From Paraspadella gotoi (lineage: Eukaryota; Animalia; Chaetognatha), in NCBI GenBank assembly GCA_051294375.1, contig CM119267.1, positions 7,606,683 through 7,670,682 on the forward strand: a stretch of DNA of 64,000 bases, given 5' to 3'. Position numbers and translations under genes: made by a program. Below, piece after piece: positions 15,473 to 33,211 of this stretch (positions within the stretch are counted from its first letter, which is position 1; every line of letters begins with the position of its first letter). Under the pieces are notes generated by a model. The model made no database searches. It was not told the DNA's origin and saw only the letters and a program-made list of their open reading frames with translations.

Positions 15473-16449
15473 ATTTTCCAAGTCGCGTCCAAAAAAATAT
15501 TTTCGATCATAAGTTTGCCCTAAAATACATTGCTTCTATTTGCTTTCAGTACGAGTTTTTATAAGGTTTTGTCATTGACCTTGACAGTATGTTTCGATGT
15601 AAACTAATGTTTTGTAAAAAGAATAAAATTTTCAATGATAAACAAAAATGGAATATTTTATTTAATCAATCCCATGCAATTTTCGGTGGCAATAGTGGTT
15701 TCCGAAGGAAACAATAAACAAAACCAAAAAATGACTGGGAGACAATATAAAAACGACTAATCTTATGCCAAATAGTTTCGGGATCGTTTTTATTTAAATT
15801 AATGTAATATAAAATAGTTTAAAAGCGAATAAACCGACTAAAGCATCGCCAAGCAGAGAAGTGCCTCTTAATAGCCACAGAAATTTTAATAACATCTCTA
15901 ATGGTTCATTATGGCACGCAAGAAATTAAATTTACATGGCTATGGAACTACAGCCATTAAGATTTATTTAAGTATGTATAATTATCAAACCCTATTCAAT
16001 GAAATACTGCTTACGAAAAGTTACATCCTACTTATAGCGGCTTTGCATAGATTGTCGTCAGATAAATTAGTAAAAAAAAAATACGATACAAAATATACCA
16101 GATCCTGTCGTTTCCTACTATGAGTAATTTGTTCGAAATCGTACGAAATAATTAAAATATAAAAATCTCGAAAGGACCTATGGAGCTACGAAAATATTTC
16201 GTGGCTGAGGTAGTTGCCATAGGCACTGTTGTTCCGAACGCTTATCAGCATTGAACATAATAAAAACGTTTAATAAATGTGAAAAAAAGCGTATTAGTGT
16301 GGGAGGTGGATTATCCTTCACCGGGAACCAGGGGGAAGTCGGCCATTTTTTTAATCCGATTCCCCGGGGAATGATCGAAGAATAAGTACGCCGGTGAGCA
16401 ACGCTATGCATGATCACGATGGTGATGGCGATAAAATCTATGAGCGAGA

Positions 16450-21840
<5,391 letters not shown>

Positions 21841-23304
21841 TTATTTTGTTATCGTTTCGCATATAAAACAATCACATAGGAATTTTGAAAGCTGGAAAAT
21901 CGTAAAAAAAACTTGTTAGCATCCCAAAAAAAAATTAGTTAAGTTCAATTTAAAAAGCTTACTCTCAATATATGCAATTAAGAAATTTAAAGAAATACAA
22001 AATCAAAGAATTAGCGTATGAAACTAAAAGCATGAAATATGGCATGGCGAACATTAAAAAGTAACCACATTAAAAGTATATATTTTTTCCAACTTAGAAA
22101 ACAATTATTATCAATAATTTAAGGCGATCGCACAAAAATGTTTTAATAACAATTCCAATTCCAGCTAGTACCTTAATTTTTTTGGAGCAATTTATTAATA
22201 TTTATTTCAAAATAAATTCTTTAAAATGAGAGAACTTGTAAAAATTTATCAGCGAAAAACTATAGACGATATTGCCTTATAGAATAATTATAAGTAGACA
22301 ACATAATGAACTAATAAGGAAAAAAAGTCCAAAGTATGAGACAATAGACTTTTAGTGAGTTAGGTCGAGCAGAGTGAGGATAAAGGACATCTTGAATGGA
22401 AGATGAACTCCTTGTCGCGGCGGCGGCGGCAACACCACCACGCGATTATTCCAAAGAGTCGCGCTGTTCCGATGTTCTTGCTTGGCTGGCAAAGGTAGGG
22501 TGGGACGGAGTCATCGAGGAAACTCATCACACCGAGTTTCAACCTCCACTCGGCGCCTCGAGCTTTGCGCCATTTCAACAAAAGACTCCTGATTCACTTA
22601 CTAATTAGGAAGTCACTGCAGCTTATCTAATTATCTAATTATTAAGGGGCATAGTCTATGGATCGAATAAGATTTTCAAAAAAAAAAAAAGGAATTACTA
22701 ATTTTGTTTGGGGGTATTACATCTTTCGACCACATTTCAACACTGAAGTCCTAGATTAAAGCACTTGCAGTTTTTCACGGGCACATCGCTCCGATGATTT
22801 GGACTAATTTAAATAGGGAAATCATTTCACTCCATTTGCAACAATTTCCGAAACAAATTGACCGAACTATCCCAATCGGGTTACAAAAGAGAATTGTTCA
22901 TAGCGAGAGACAATAAGAACAATCATAAAACTATCTCATTCAGTCTCTTTGTTTAATTGCTGACTTACGAATCAAAATAAGAATTTAGGAAAGTACTTGA
23001 AGCTTCGCTAATAACTAATCTCGTATTTAACTTAAATTTGGTCTTTGCTAATAGAAAATATCACACAATAAAATTAATTCTCAATTATTGAAAATATCAA
23101 CATATATAAAACAAATATAAATAAACAAACAACGGTAAAATATGGCACCACCAATGATTTACAACAAGAGTCCTCCATTTTTTCGTTTTTTATTATATTT
23201 TTTATTGACCTAATTTTAATTATTGATTTTTTTGACAGTTTCGTTTTGTCGTTTTTTGTAACAAAAACAGTTACAAAAAAGTTTTTCTATTTAAAAGTAT
23301 ATCC

Positions 23305-23890
23305 ATATACAATAAGGCGTAGTGAAATTTACAGATAAAAATTTGAATAGTTGATCATGAACAGTCTTATACTAACAAACATTGATATATATAAAAAAAA
23401 TTTTATACTTCTCAATTTTCGCACTTGCCTAGTAGAAAATGTTTAATTTTTAAAATATTTTTTTTTAGTTTTGAAAGCAGATTCGAATTCCTCATAAAAA
23501 GTTCATAAAAGAAAATATAAGTTTTTTCTTCATTAAGGTAGCAAAAAATTTAAACAATTTTTTTTTTACTAAAATTTAAACTATTAACAGTTTTTTAGGA
23601 TTTTGACCCACTTAATGAAATAATATTCTAAAAAGAGTTGTTTCCTTTTATCAACATTTCGTGAGGAATTCGAATCTGCTTTCAAAAAATATATATATAT
23701 TCTAAAATTTTTATATTTTTTATGGCGAGTACTATGAATAAATATGGGCTCATGCGAAAATTGAAAAAAAAAATTGTTTATTTAAAAATGTTTGTTCCTG
23801 ACAACAGGTACAAGCCTGTTCATGATCTACTATTACTATTTTTATTCTACTTGATTTTAATATTTCTGCTACGCTTTAATAATTAATATA
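23305..23890. mobile_element. AT-rich foldback/MITE-like element with long imperfect inverted arms
   Basis: Nested inverted blocks: aaggcgtagtgaaat vs atttctgctacgcttt, gatcatgaacag vs ctgttcatgatc, ttgaaagcagattcgaattcctca vs tgaggaattcgaatctgctttcaa. Ends are approximate. Confidence 0.7.
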
Positions 23891-24180
23891 CAATTATACA
23901 TACGTAGTTTCAAAAGAAACAAGTTTTATTAAAAAGGCAAATTTGTTTACGTTTATAAACGTAAACAATCAAAATGTAAATATTAAGGCAATAGGTGAAT
24001 GATAATTCAAAAATAAACGATAACAAAAACATATTGGGCGAATACTGACAAGGGGCGTGTACTACTGAGTAATGCTGTACCGTTTCATCCATCCCCAAAG
24101 CTTCTCACGTCAAGCGAGTATTATTTTTGAAACGACTAGGCTGGAGAGTATTTGATGTTTCTTTTTTCATGAATTCGTCT

Positions 24181-26151
24181 TCATCCCGTGTAATAATTGG
24201 CAGGAACGAAGGGCATCTTGCTAACGACGGCCGAGACGTTTTTCTTCCGGATTTCGAGATAAACTTCGGTGCCGACCTTCGAAAAGGGCGTGGCTACGTA
24301 TCCCATAGAGACGTTCTTTGTTAAACATGGAGACGGACAGCCGGAGGTGAGGCTACCGATGGAATTCCCGTCCTTATCCAGGATGGGTGTGCCGGCGCGA
24401 GCGGGCGGCCCCGTCGATACGAACCCAACTCTTTTTCGCTGAGGCTTTTCTTTAAGTTGTTTCAGGATAATTTCAGCTCCTACAATAGCGTCGAAGACCA
24501 AGGATAGGAAGGTGATCACGTGAAATAGACGGGGAGGAAGAGAATTAATAGTAGAAACGAGTAGGGATCGAAATTTTCGAGCGATTTCAGAATTCACACA
24601 CAAACCGGGAAAGTCCTTGGCTTCCCTCCTCCTCTTTCCGATGGTCCAAGCGAGAGTGGCTTCGACCGGAGTCGTTGTCTCGTCAAGGTCGTTGCCGTAA
24701 AGGCAGAGGCCGGCTTCGAGCCGAAGAGAATCGCGGACGCCCAGACCGGCCAATCGAACCGAGTCTGCTCCGGACGACAGAAGCCCCTCTGTCACGTGAA
24801 CCGCTTTATCTTCGGGCACGGAAATCTAAAATAGAGAAAGTGGTTGAAAATCGCTTCATCAGAACTATGCTGTCGAACTAATTTCAAATTTTGATAAATA
24901 TGAAAAAAAAACCTCGACTCCGTCCTCTCCAGTGTAGCCGCATCTGGTGACCCTGCATCCGGCAACTCCAAGTACTGTCGCCTCCACCGTCGTCATGAAA
25001 GTAAGTTGCGCGAGGTCACAGTCCACAAGAGGTTGAAGAACCTTCGCTATCCCAGGCCCTTGGACGGCGATGAGTGCTTGCTGTTGTGCCTCAATGCTGA
25101 CATCCTTGCCTGCGGCGCGGAAAGTCGCCTCGGCCGACTTTAGATGCGCCCAGTCTTTGTCGATGCAACCTAAGGATTTAAGCGGTAAGAAATTTATTAA
25201 ATTGAATTCACACATTATGCAATATGTATGTAAATGGATTATATAAGGCGTTTAAAATGATTCTCCTTAACTATTTGAGCCTATCCTAATCAGCAACGAG
25301 TACAGATCTCAGTCGGGCTTTAAAAAGTCGAACCGAACCNNNNNNNNNNCCTATCCTAATCATCAACGAGTACAGATCTCAGTCGGGCGTTACAAAGTCG
25401 AACCGAACCCAAAACCTTTTCATCACAAGCTCACAAAACTCAATAACTCAATAATCCTACCCGATTACCAACCTTGAGGTCTATTAGTATTACAATTTAC
25501 AAATGTATTATACTTTTGAGCATGACCAATTCTAAATCAAAAGTTACTACTAGGCTATCAAAATAGTTTAACCAAGAAAGAAAAACTTTTAACCAGCGTT
25601 GGAGACTACGTAAAGAAAGTCGTCTTTGATCTTTGAGACGATGAGGTCATCTATTATTCCACCCGAGGGCAAGGTAAACAGAGTCAGCGTCCCCTGGTTT
25701 GCTTTGAGTCCACGTATATCGCCGACGACAAGCGACTCCATGAATGCTACGGCGTCCTTGCCGCGAACATGAGACTGAAGCATGTGGGACACGTCAAAAA
25801 TGCTAAAGGAAAGTTGGAGTTTGTTTAAAAAAACTTGAATAAGCATGTTTGTTAACGGATGAACTAAAATGATACTTTATACAATCAGTTTTGGCTAAAA
25901 CCCTCTTGCCGCCCACCTTCGCACCTGAGGTGCTCCCTCGTGTGCATATGGGAAGCTGAATGAGTCATGTCGGGATACGACACTGGCATGGAGAAACCGG
26001 CGAACGGGACCATCTTGGCGCCTTTGGCGACGTGAAAGTCGTGAAGAGGCGTCTTTTTATTGGCAGCATCTGAAGACGAAAGACGCGCGAACAACGTCGC
26101 GGTGGAAGATCGGAGCAAACGCCGCAACGGGCGGATAGGAAGTAAGGACAT
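24181..26151 (-). CDS. AMT: Glycine cleavage system T protein (aminomethyltransferase), mitochondrial
   Basis: Transit peptide, then [68 protein letters not shown] and [10 protein letters not shown]. Confidence 0.97.
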
Positions 26152-26254
26152 GTTTTTTTACTTTCGTTTTCTTCCTTCTGTAAAGAAAATAACGATGTGT
26201 ATTGGCAGAAATTTGTTTAAAAATTAATCTCGAAACAACCAAGTACAAAAGGCT

Positions 26255-27733
26255 TCATTCGAACGAAATTTCAACCTTAATTAACTTGACTGGTTTTTTA
26301 CGAACCACATACAAACGATGTACGCCCAATAACAAAGCCGTCAAAGTCAAGACCACCCCTACTGCAAGAAACATGGCCTCGAAGGCATGAACGAGACGAA
26401 TCTGTCCTAGAGGTTTACCCATCAGCTCGGATATACTTATGGCGTCCAAGACAGCGAACTGCTCCAACCAAAAAATGGGAAAAACTATGGAATCGGGAAA
26501 ACCTTCGTAGAAATCGTCGTAAACCGGGACTCTTTTTACGTAAGTATTGATCTGTAGACGTCCAGCGCCTTTAACGGCGGCACCCGTGAAAGGTTCCACG
26601 TTGACGAAGGTGGAGTGATCGATAGGATCCGGACTCAATCCTTTAAAAGCTTTAACGTAGACTTTGTCCGCGTTAAGAAAATGAGGCTGGGAAACGAAAA
26701 ACGGCGCTCCTTTTGAACAGCGGCTGATGTTGAGAACCCCAGATGGAAGGCACGGTGACGATATTGGCGAGCAGAAGCAGGCGTTCTCGGATGAGTTGGC
26801 AAAGACGTTATCGTCTAATTCAAACCGGTAAGTGTCTAAGCCGAGTAGCTCTTCTTCGCCGACGAACACCGACTTGATGGAGCGGCACATGTTGGGGACG
26901 AAGGTATATTGGGGTTTTTCCTTACCCAGAAAAGGTTGAAAGGCCGTGCCATCGGTGCCGCGAATTCGGTTGCAGTCTTTACCAGGCCACACGCTCAACT
27001 TCTGGTCGCCGTTCCAAGAGGCGACCTTCAAGAACCGCGAGAGGTCACCGTCTTGTCCAGTGTAGACGTCGAGCCTTCCTTGGTCCGACCAGTTCCTACC
27101 AAGATGCCATCCAAACTTGGCGGAAGAAACTGCGTTGTGGACGATGTATTTGAGATCGTGCAAGAGAGGATCTTCATAGCCCCATAGGAGCTCTTTCACG
27201 GTCGGCCTTACAAAAAACGAGGAGCCCGTCTGAGCAATAAGAGATCGAAGCAGGACTCTAGTGACAAACGAAATGTCGCGCGTATTCTCTAGCACCAGCA
27301 GCAACGGGACGTTGAGCACGCGAATTCGGTCCGTTTCGGGACCCACGCTGGCCGCTTCATCAAAAGAGTAACGCGACACCTCTCGATAAGAGACGATTTG
27401 GCCATCGTCCGAAAAACGTACGTCGACCTTCTGGCGATGCTCCAAGTAGACGTAGGGACCGGACTCCAAGAGCTCCGGCGCCTCGCCGTACTTGAGCACT
27501 TCTAAAGGATTGACAACGTGGAAGAAATAAAAGCTATTCTTGACGGGAACGGGAATGTTCTTCCACAGCCGAAATGACGGAGAGGAGGAGGAATTGCGAA
27601 GAGGAATGAGCACCTGGGCCTCTCGACGAATCAGCGCATCGAAGTAAAAAAGGAAACTGACGGAGAATGACAAAACGGCGACCCCGAGCAGTGAAGTGAC
27701 CGCCAACTGACCGACGGAACAAGGCCGAGACAT
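26255..27733 (-). CDS. CD36/scavenger receptor class B (LIMP-2/SR-BI-like), single exon
   Basis: About 490-aa ORF with N- and C-terminal TM segments, YFFHVVNP, GPYVY, LLWGYEDP, IRGTDGT, Cys cluster, SQPHFLNAD, VEPFTG. The first in-frame ATG is at 27733. Confidence 0.93.
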   Translation of the reverse strand: MSRPCSVGQLAVTSLLGVAVLSFSVSFLFYFDALIRREAQVLIPLRNSSSSPSFRLWKNIPVPVKNSFYFFHVVNPLEVLKYGEAPELLESGPYVYLEHRQKVDVRFSDDGQIVSYREVSRYSFDEAASVGPETDRIRVLNVPLLLVLENTRDISFVTRVLLRSLIAQTGSSFFVRPTVKELLWGYEDPLLHDLKYIVHNAVSSAKFGWHLGRNWSDQGRLDVYTGQDGDLSRFLKVASWNGDQKLSVWPGKDCNRIRGTDGTAFQPFLGKEKPQYTFVPNMCRSIKSVFVGEEELLGLDTYRFELDDNVFANSSENACFCSPISSPCLPSGVLNISRCSKGAPFFVSQPHFLNADKVYVKAFKGLSPDPIDHSTFVNVEPFTGAAVKGAGRLQINTYVKRVPVYDDFYEGFPDSIVFPIFWLEQFAVLDAISISELMGKPLGQIRLVHAFEAMFLAVGVVLTLTALLLGVHRLYVVRKKPVKLIKVEISFE

Positions 27734-27889
27734 GGGGAAAGGATCCTTCAACCTTGGCACATTTTAAACTTTGGTAAATAAGGGAACCATAAAAGATTTG
27801 CAATGTCTACTACTTTGGTTTATAATGATTACACAAACATTTATAAAATAAATCACTGATTGCATAGAAGTTTTTTTACGACTTAGGCA

Positions 27890-28642
27890 TCATCGCTTCT
27901 CATCTCGTCGCCTAATATCGAAGGGTGGTGGCATTTCCAGTGGTGGCAAATCAAAGTTGAATCTTAAGCTTCCGTCGGTGGGCGAGAGTAACGCGACGTT
28001 GTCGCCGACGGCATTATCCAGCGAAGACGGGTTCCGCGATTTCGTCATCTCGCAGAGACTTGCTTCCAACATCGAGTTCTTTCGTTTGGTCTCGTCCAGT
28101 TCGCTGAGGAGACTTGCGATGTGACTCCGCAAGTCGAAGTTGTGCAACCGCAGTTCCTCGATGACATCCGCGTCGGTTTTCGGGCCTTTCCAGGCGCAAG
28201 ATGTGGCGACCTTGGCGGAATTATCGCCGCGCCCGCAGGATCGATAGTTTAATTCCTGCAGGACGACGCAGGATCGAATTAAAGATTCCTGCACCGATTC
28301 TTCTGGGGGCGAGGAGTGTATCGGTGTCGCCGCGGCGGCAGAGTTCCCTAATTTATCTTGATACTGCAACTTGCCTTGTTCCAACTGCTTTTCGCGAACC
28401 GATCGGAGATAAATAAAACGTTCTTTTTTGGCAATTAACTGTTCGATGCCTTTTTCTTGCGCACGACGCTGTAAGTCTATCGACTCCAGAATGGAAGGAC
28501 TCAATAAGGGCGTCGATCTGGCTTTGGCGAGCGAATCCATCGCCGCCGAACGACAAGAAATTGCGGCGTCGAAATCTCCACGTCGGGCAAACCGATCTGA
28601 GTTTCGCTCGTACAAGTGTGCATCGTTCATGTAGGATGACAT
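27890..28642 (-). CDS. NRBF2: Nuclear receptor-binding factor 2 (MIT-like N-terminus, coiled coil), single exon
   Basis: NDAHLYERNSDRFARRGDFDAAISCR, KGPKTDADVIEELRLHN, C-terminal DLPPLEMPPPFD. Confidence 0.82.
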   Translation of the reverse strand: MSSYMNDAHLYERNSDRFARRGDFDAAISCRSAAMDSLAKARSTPLLSPSILESIDLQRRAQEKGIEQLIAKKERFIYLRSVREKQLEQGKLQYQDKLGNSAAAATPIHSSPPEESVQESLIRSCVVLQELNYRSCGRGDNSAKVATSCAWKGPKTDADVIEELRLHNFDLRSHIASLLSELDETKRKNSMLEASLCEMTKSRNPSSLDNAVGDNVALLSPTDGSLRFNFDLPPLEMPPPFDIRRRDEKR

Positions 28643-29074
28643 TCTAATTTGTTAGAAATAATATTTTCATGAAATACTATTTGGAAAATTCGATGATCGT
28701 GATCATGCATGATCCGTGAAAAAATTATGCAAATACATTGCAAACTACTACTTAAGATATAACAGAAGATTTAATCAATAAAAATAACTGCTGCGAAACC
28801 TTTCACAAACGTAACAATGTGTAATCTGATACCAATTAATACATATTTGGTTCACGACATTTTTCTTTCGTCAGAATTCAATGGAGTTTTGGGAAATTCA
28901 ATAGAGTTTTTGTTGCACTATTCACACAGCAAAACCAGCAGCTGTGAACTTAATGTGGATTCAGAATCAACTCACGTAAAATTGTACAAATGCAAATGTA
29001 CCGATACACCATTGACCAACAAGATAAAACTTTAGGAATGACTAGAAGTTTCAAATAAATAAAAATACAATCAA

Positions 29075-31395
29075 TTAGGAAACTTCGCCAACTATTGGAA
29101 CATATCCTTCATGACTTCTTTGGCGTTCGAAACGATTGTGTCGTGATTCAACCACCGCGAAGCTGACCGCGCCCATGACTCCCACGATGGCCAAGATGAG
29201 CAGTTGGTACGGAAGAGACAAGTAGTCGCTGCCAATAAAAAGTTTTTAATCCTCATAAATAAGTAGGCAAAACAAGCCTAGGATGTCATTTACGAAAACA
29301 TTAAAAGCAGCTGCCTGTTAAGCGCCGAGCGCTGCATGAATTGGTACACGATAATATTCACCCGAGCCTCTTCCGGTCCCATTTTCCAATCTCCTTATCA
29401 TAAATAAACAGTGGTTAAAATCTACCAAGACCCCACCTGTAAAAGAACGCGATGGCGGCAGCGACTGATTGACTGAACTTATAGAGCGCAAAAGCAGAGG
29501 CGCTCTCCTCCTGGTACATGTTACTAAGAATAGAGTAGCATTGCGTGTTGAAAGAGGCGTCGGCCAGACCGAGCATGGCGCCGATTCCGACTGCTAGGTA
29601 TTTATTGGGCGTCCAGTACGTGGCGGCTTCGGAACCATTGATGGCGGGAAAGGACATAAATATGAGGTAAAAGGCTGTCAAGTGGACGAAGAGGCCGAAG
29701 ACAACGACTTTGTTGCGACCGATGCGTGAAGTGATTTTCTAAGAATAAACGGAGTTCTCGTGCTTTGAAAAAGAAAAAAGAATATCACTATCGACATTCT
29801 ATCTCACCTTTCCCAGAAAACCAAAAATGCCACCACCGAGAATCTCTCCGATTCCCGTGAATATCCCGACCAAACCGATGAGGCGTTTGGCTTCGGCGCC
29901 GAATTGCTTTGTGCTGCTGACGGTCGTCGGATAAACCCCACTCCAAAAAGTTAGCTCCAAACCTTAAAAAAGGTAAAATAACATGAAGCGCTAAGCGGAA
30001 AAAACGCGGAAAAAGAAAGCAAATCGACAAACCGGTGTAAAAAAAGCATACGCTTAACAGGATCATATCCAAGGTTATGAACATCCTTCCGGATTGCTTA
30101 ATGGTGTCGATAGCCTCCTGCCAATGCGACCGCGTGCCGTCGGCCTGGATGACTCCATCGCCAGGTTCAGGAAGAACGCCGCGTCGCGGTTCAACGCGTA
30201 ACAGGAGCAAAACAAGCACGCCGAGAAAATTAGCGGCCGATAATCCAATGAATAATATTGTTCTAGAGCAGGGAAGTGATTGATAAGGTTATCTGAGTAA
30301 AAATAACTAGAAGAATAACCCAAGATGAAAACCTGTGATCTGCGTCTATTTCTATTTCTCCTTTAAACTCGAAATAGACGAAAGGATTTCCGAAGAGCAA
30401 GCTACACTGAAGTAGTCCCCAAAATATTCCCGCGTTCCGGCCAGCGGTGTCGCCGGGAGAATTTATCGTGAGGAAATTTCCTTGCGCTGGAAGGAAAGCA
30501 AAAATAATCTTTAAATCGCTGCAGAGCTTAATTCATTTTTAGACGAATCAGAAAAAGCAGCGATGGAAAAAAAGAGGGAGAGCGACATATAATTAAAAAA
30601 GAGAGAGCGACATAGATATAAATATATATATATATAAAGTTATAAACTGAACTCGTTTATATACATAAAAATTATATTGTAAATAAAACAAACAAATGAG
30701 TGGAGGAATATGAAACATGTGAATCTAAAAGATCTTGCTGATTAGAGCTATATCTAAATTTTTAGCTTTTTATGGTTACACACTTAAACTATTTTCAATA
30801 TTAAAACAGCGTGACAATGACAACGACAACGACGACTATGGTCAAAAGAAGCAGAAACGAATAAACATCTCGCCCAAGTCGGGCAATCGCCCGTCTGGCG
30901 AGATAAAAAGAAACTTGGACGACGTATGTAAGATATAAGAGAATACAACGATTAAGTTTATTCGATCTCACCCGTCCAGATGACCGGCGCTGCTAGCCCG
31001 ACGATGACAGAACCAAGGTACAACGCCCACGTCATGGGCTTCAGAAAGCTGATGACGAAGAGAAAGTAGCCCAGGCCGGCAGAGAACATGGACCACTTGG
31101 GTCCAAACAGGGCGACCACGGGAGGAGCGAACCAGTTGAATACCGCAAAAACGATGTAAATGATAGCGAGGGAGGTGAACCCATCGCCATTGAAGGATTT
31201 ATCTTGTTTTTTAGCATCTTTAAGAACCGCCTTTTCAACCATAGAACAAGTTTGAAAGGCGCCGAAAATTAGCATAAATGCGACGCCGACCAAAATTACA
31301 TTTAGGAGGGGGTTGATAGGTCGCCTTCTCCATAATGCGAAGCGACTCCAAATGGTTGGTTGTGACGTCTCCCCGGGGGAACTGGATGACGGCAT
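29075..31395 (-). CDS. MFSD11: UNC93-like MFS membrane protein
   Basis: NVILVGVAFMLIFGAFQTCSMVE, GDGFTSLAIIYIVFAVFNWFAPPVV, LGLADASFNTQ, SAFALYKFSQSVAAAIAFFYS. Confidence 0.92.
30800..30909 (-). mobile_element. Helentron/HINE-like 5' end fragment in an MFSD11 intron
   Basis: Minus strand: ttttt-ATCTCGCCAGACGGGC-gatt-GCCCGACTTGGGCGAGAT hairpin followed by a (gtcgtt)n microsatellite. About 65 bp is homologous to 38910-38978. Confidence 0.55.
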
Positions 31396-31586
31396 TTTTT
31401 GGGGTTTTTTTGTTTCCTGCTCTTCGATTATTTTTCAGTTGTTAGATTCACATATAATTGGTTTTCTGGAGTTAATTTCAATAAATAGTTTATTGGAATA
31501 AATTGTACAGATCAAATTTAATTAAAAAATAGATATAGCAAACACAGAAAAAAGGGTTTAAAGATGTTGATCACAGACGAAGATAT

Positions 31587-33069
31587 TTAAAGGTGAGCCG
31601 GAGAGACGACGACGACTTCCGGCCGCGGGCAAAAGTCGGGAGAAGGCGGGCAAACCTCCGGCACAACCTCCCACGACACAACAGGCTCCACGATCTCGAC
31701 CTCACTAACGGCCCTATCTAACGGGAAGCGGCGATATCCAACGGCGTGACGGTGACCACGTCGGTCGAATAACTCGTAGACTAGGCCCGCGTCGTCATGG
31801 TCCAATGACGACGTGAAGTCGTTGACCGTCGTGAACCTGAGGCCGGGGGCGCCGGTAAAATGATTGTTGGTCGCGTTGTCCAGAATTCGTCGGGAGTTAT
31901 AGATGGCAATTTCTTTCGAACTACAGACTACGACGTCTTGCTCGAGCCTCTCTACGGCGTTGTCCTTATGGCGAATGAGAAGCCAAGCTTGAGAGCTCTG
32001 AGCCTCTGGAGAAGTCGGCATTCTGGATTCGCTCGTGCTAGGACTTATCTTTACAGGAGCGTCTATTAAGTAAGCAGCAGAGAAAAACGAAACGGAAAAG
32101 TATAACGCTCACTATTTAACTAATGGAGATATTGCTGAAGTATCCAAAGTATCGAACAGTTTTAATCTGAGATGTACGTATATTTTTTGTTTCCCCGTTG
32201 AAATCTCTAAACCCTTACGCTCACTCTAACCTTTCTTCGTGGTTTTCCTGTTTCTCGTCCGTCTTCTCATGTCCTTGTCCAAAGGAACCTTTTGGAACTG
32301 CACAGAGAGGAGGGCGTCGCCGCACTCGGCTTCAAACAAACATCCAAACTTCTCGTCGCCAGTCTACGCATCGAATCGCCAGTTAAAACAACCGAAATAA
32401 CTCTCCAGAAGCATCAAAGTTTCCATTTGATGATTAAAAAGAAATCAAAGTTAAATATCCTTTCCTCGCCCCCGTCTGAAGTGCCAAAACTAATTCCCTT
32501 ACCATCTCGGAATTATCCAAGACCTTTTCGGGTATGGGAATTCCTTGAAGCGCCAATTCTTCAACGAGGACCCTCATCGCTTCCAAAGCGTTGTCGAGAA
32601 GGCGCCTTCTCGACGAGTAGACGCCGACCAAGCGCGTCGCTTCGCTCCTCGAAAACGTCGTCGTGGTAGAGAGGAGAAAAACGATCGGAGTGTTTTTGAA
32701 CATGTTTCGTCGCTTCGCCGGTCGCGGGGTCTTTTTCGATTTGGGTTCCTTGGACTTCTTAGAGGATTTGGCAACTGGATCGTGGACTGTATCGGTTTCA
32801 AGGGCGGACCCGAGAACGTCCGTTTTCACGTCGGCACAATCCACCGGATTATTAGCGGGATCATCTATAGTGACGGCATTGGTGTCCGTATCAAAGACAG
32901 ATGACAAAATTTTTTTAGCAGGGGATCGGGGGACTCTTGATAGCTTTCCTTTCCTTCTTTTTTCGCAATTTGAATGGCACGGCACCGCCTTCGATAGGGG
33001 TTGTCGCTTTGATGTCGAAGCACTGGTTTTTTTCACACCGCGTCGGAACTTCTTCGATTCAGTCTTCAT
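31587..33069 (-). CDS. Uncharacterised 3-exon protein (basic low-complexity N-terminus, two similar internal segments)
   Basis: ORFs 32434-33069 and 31587-32021 join through a middle exon at about 32210-32365 (TGDEKFGCLFEAECGDALLSVQFQKVP) with phase-compatible GT-AG introns. Composition is exon-like. Confidence 0.7.
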
Positions 33070-33211
33070 CGCTAGAGAATTTAACTAGCTATCTGGAACG
33101 AGTTAACTACTATTTTACTCTAATTTGGGGGTTTATATTTCTGGTATTTTTTTTTGGTTTTTTTTTATTTATTTATTTTTTTTTTAATTAAAACGTAAAA
33201 AATTTTAAAAA

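Noticed and set aside
16310-16400. GC-rich hairpin in the MAP4K 3' UTR (SECIS or readthrough element?)
   Set aside because: No AUGA/AA/GA SECIS core and no in-frame TGA in the gene. A second in-frame stop follows three codons after the TAA.
25280-25409. ~60-bp direct repeat on both sides of an N gap
   Set aside because: The near-identical copies abut the 10-N gap, so this is most likely contig-end overlap or haplotype redundancy from assembly.
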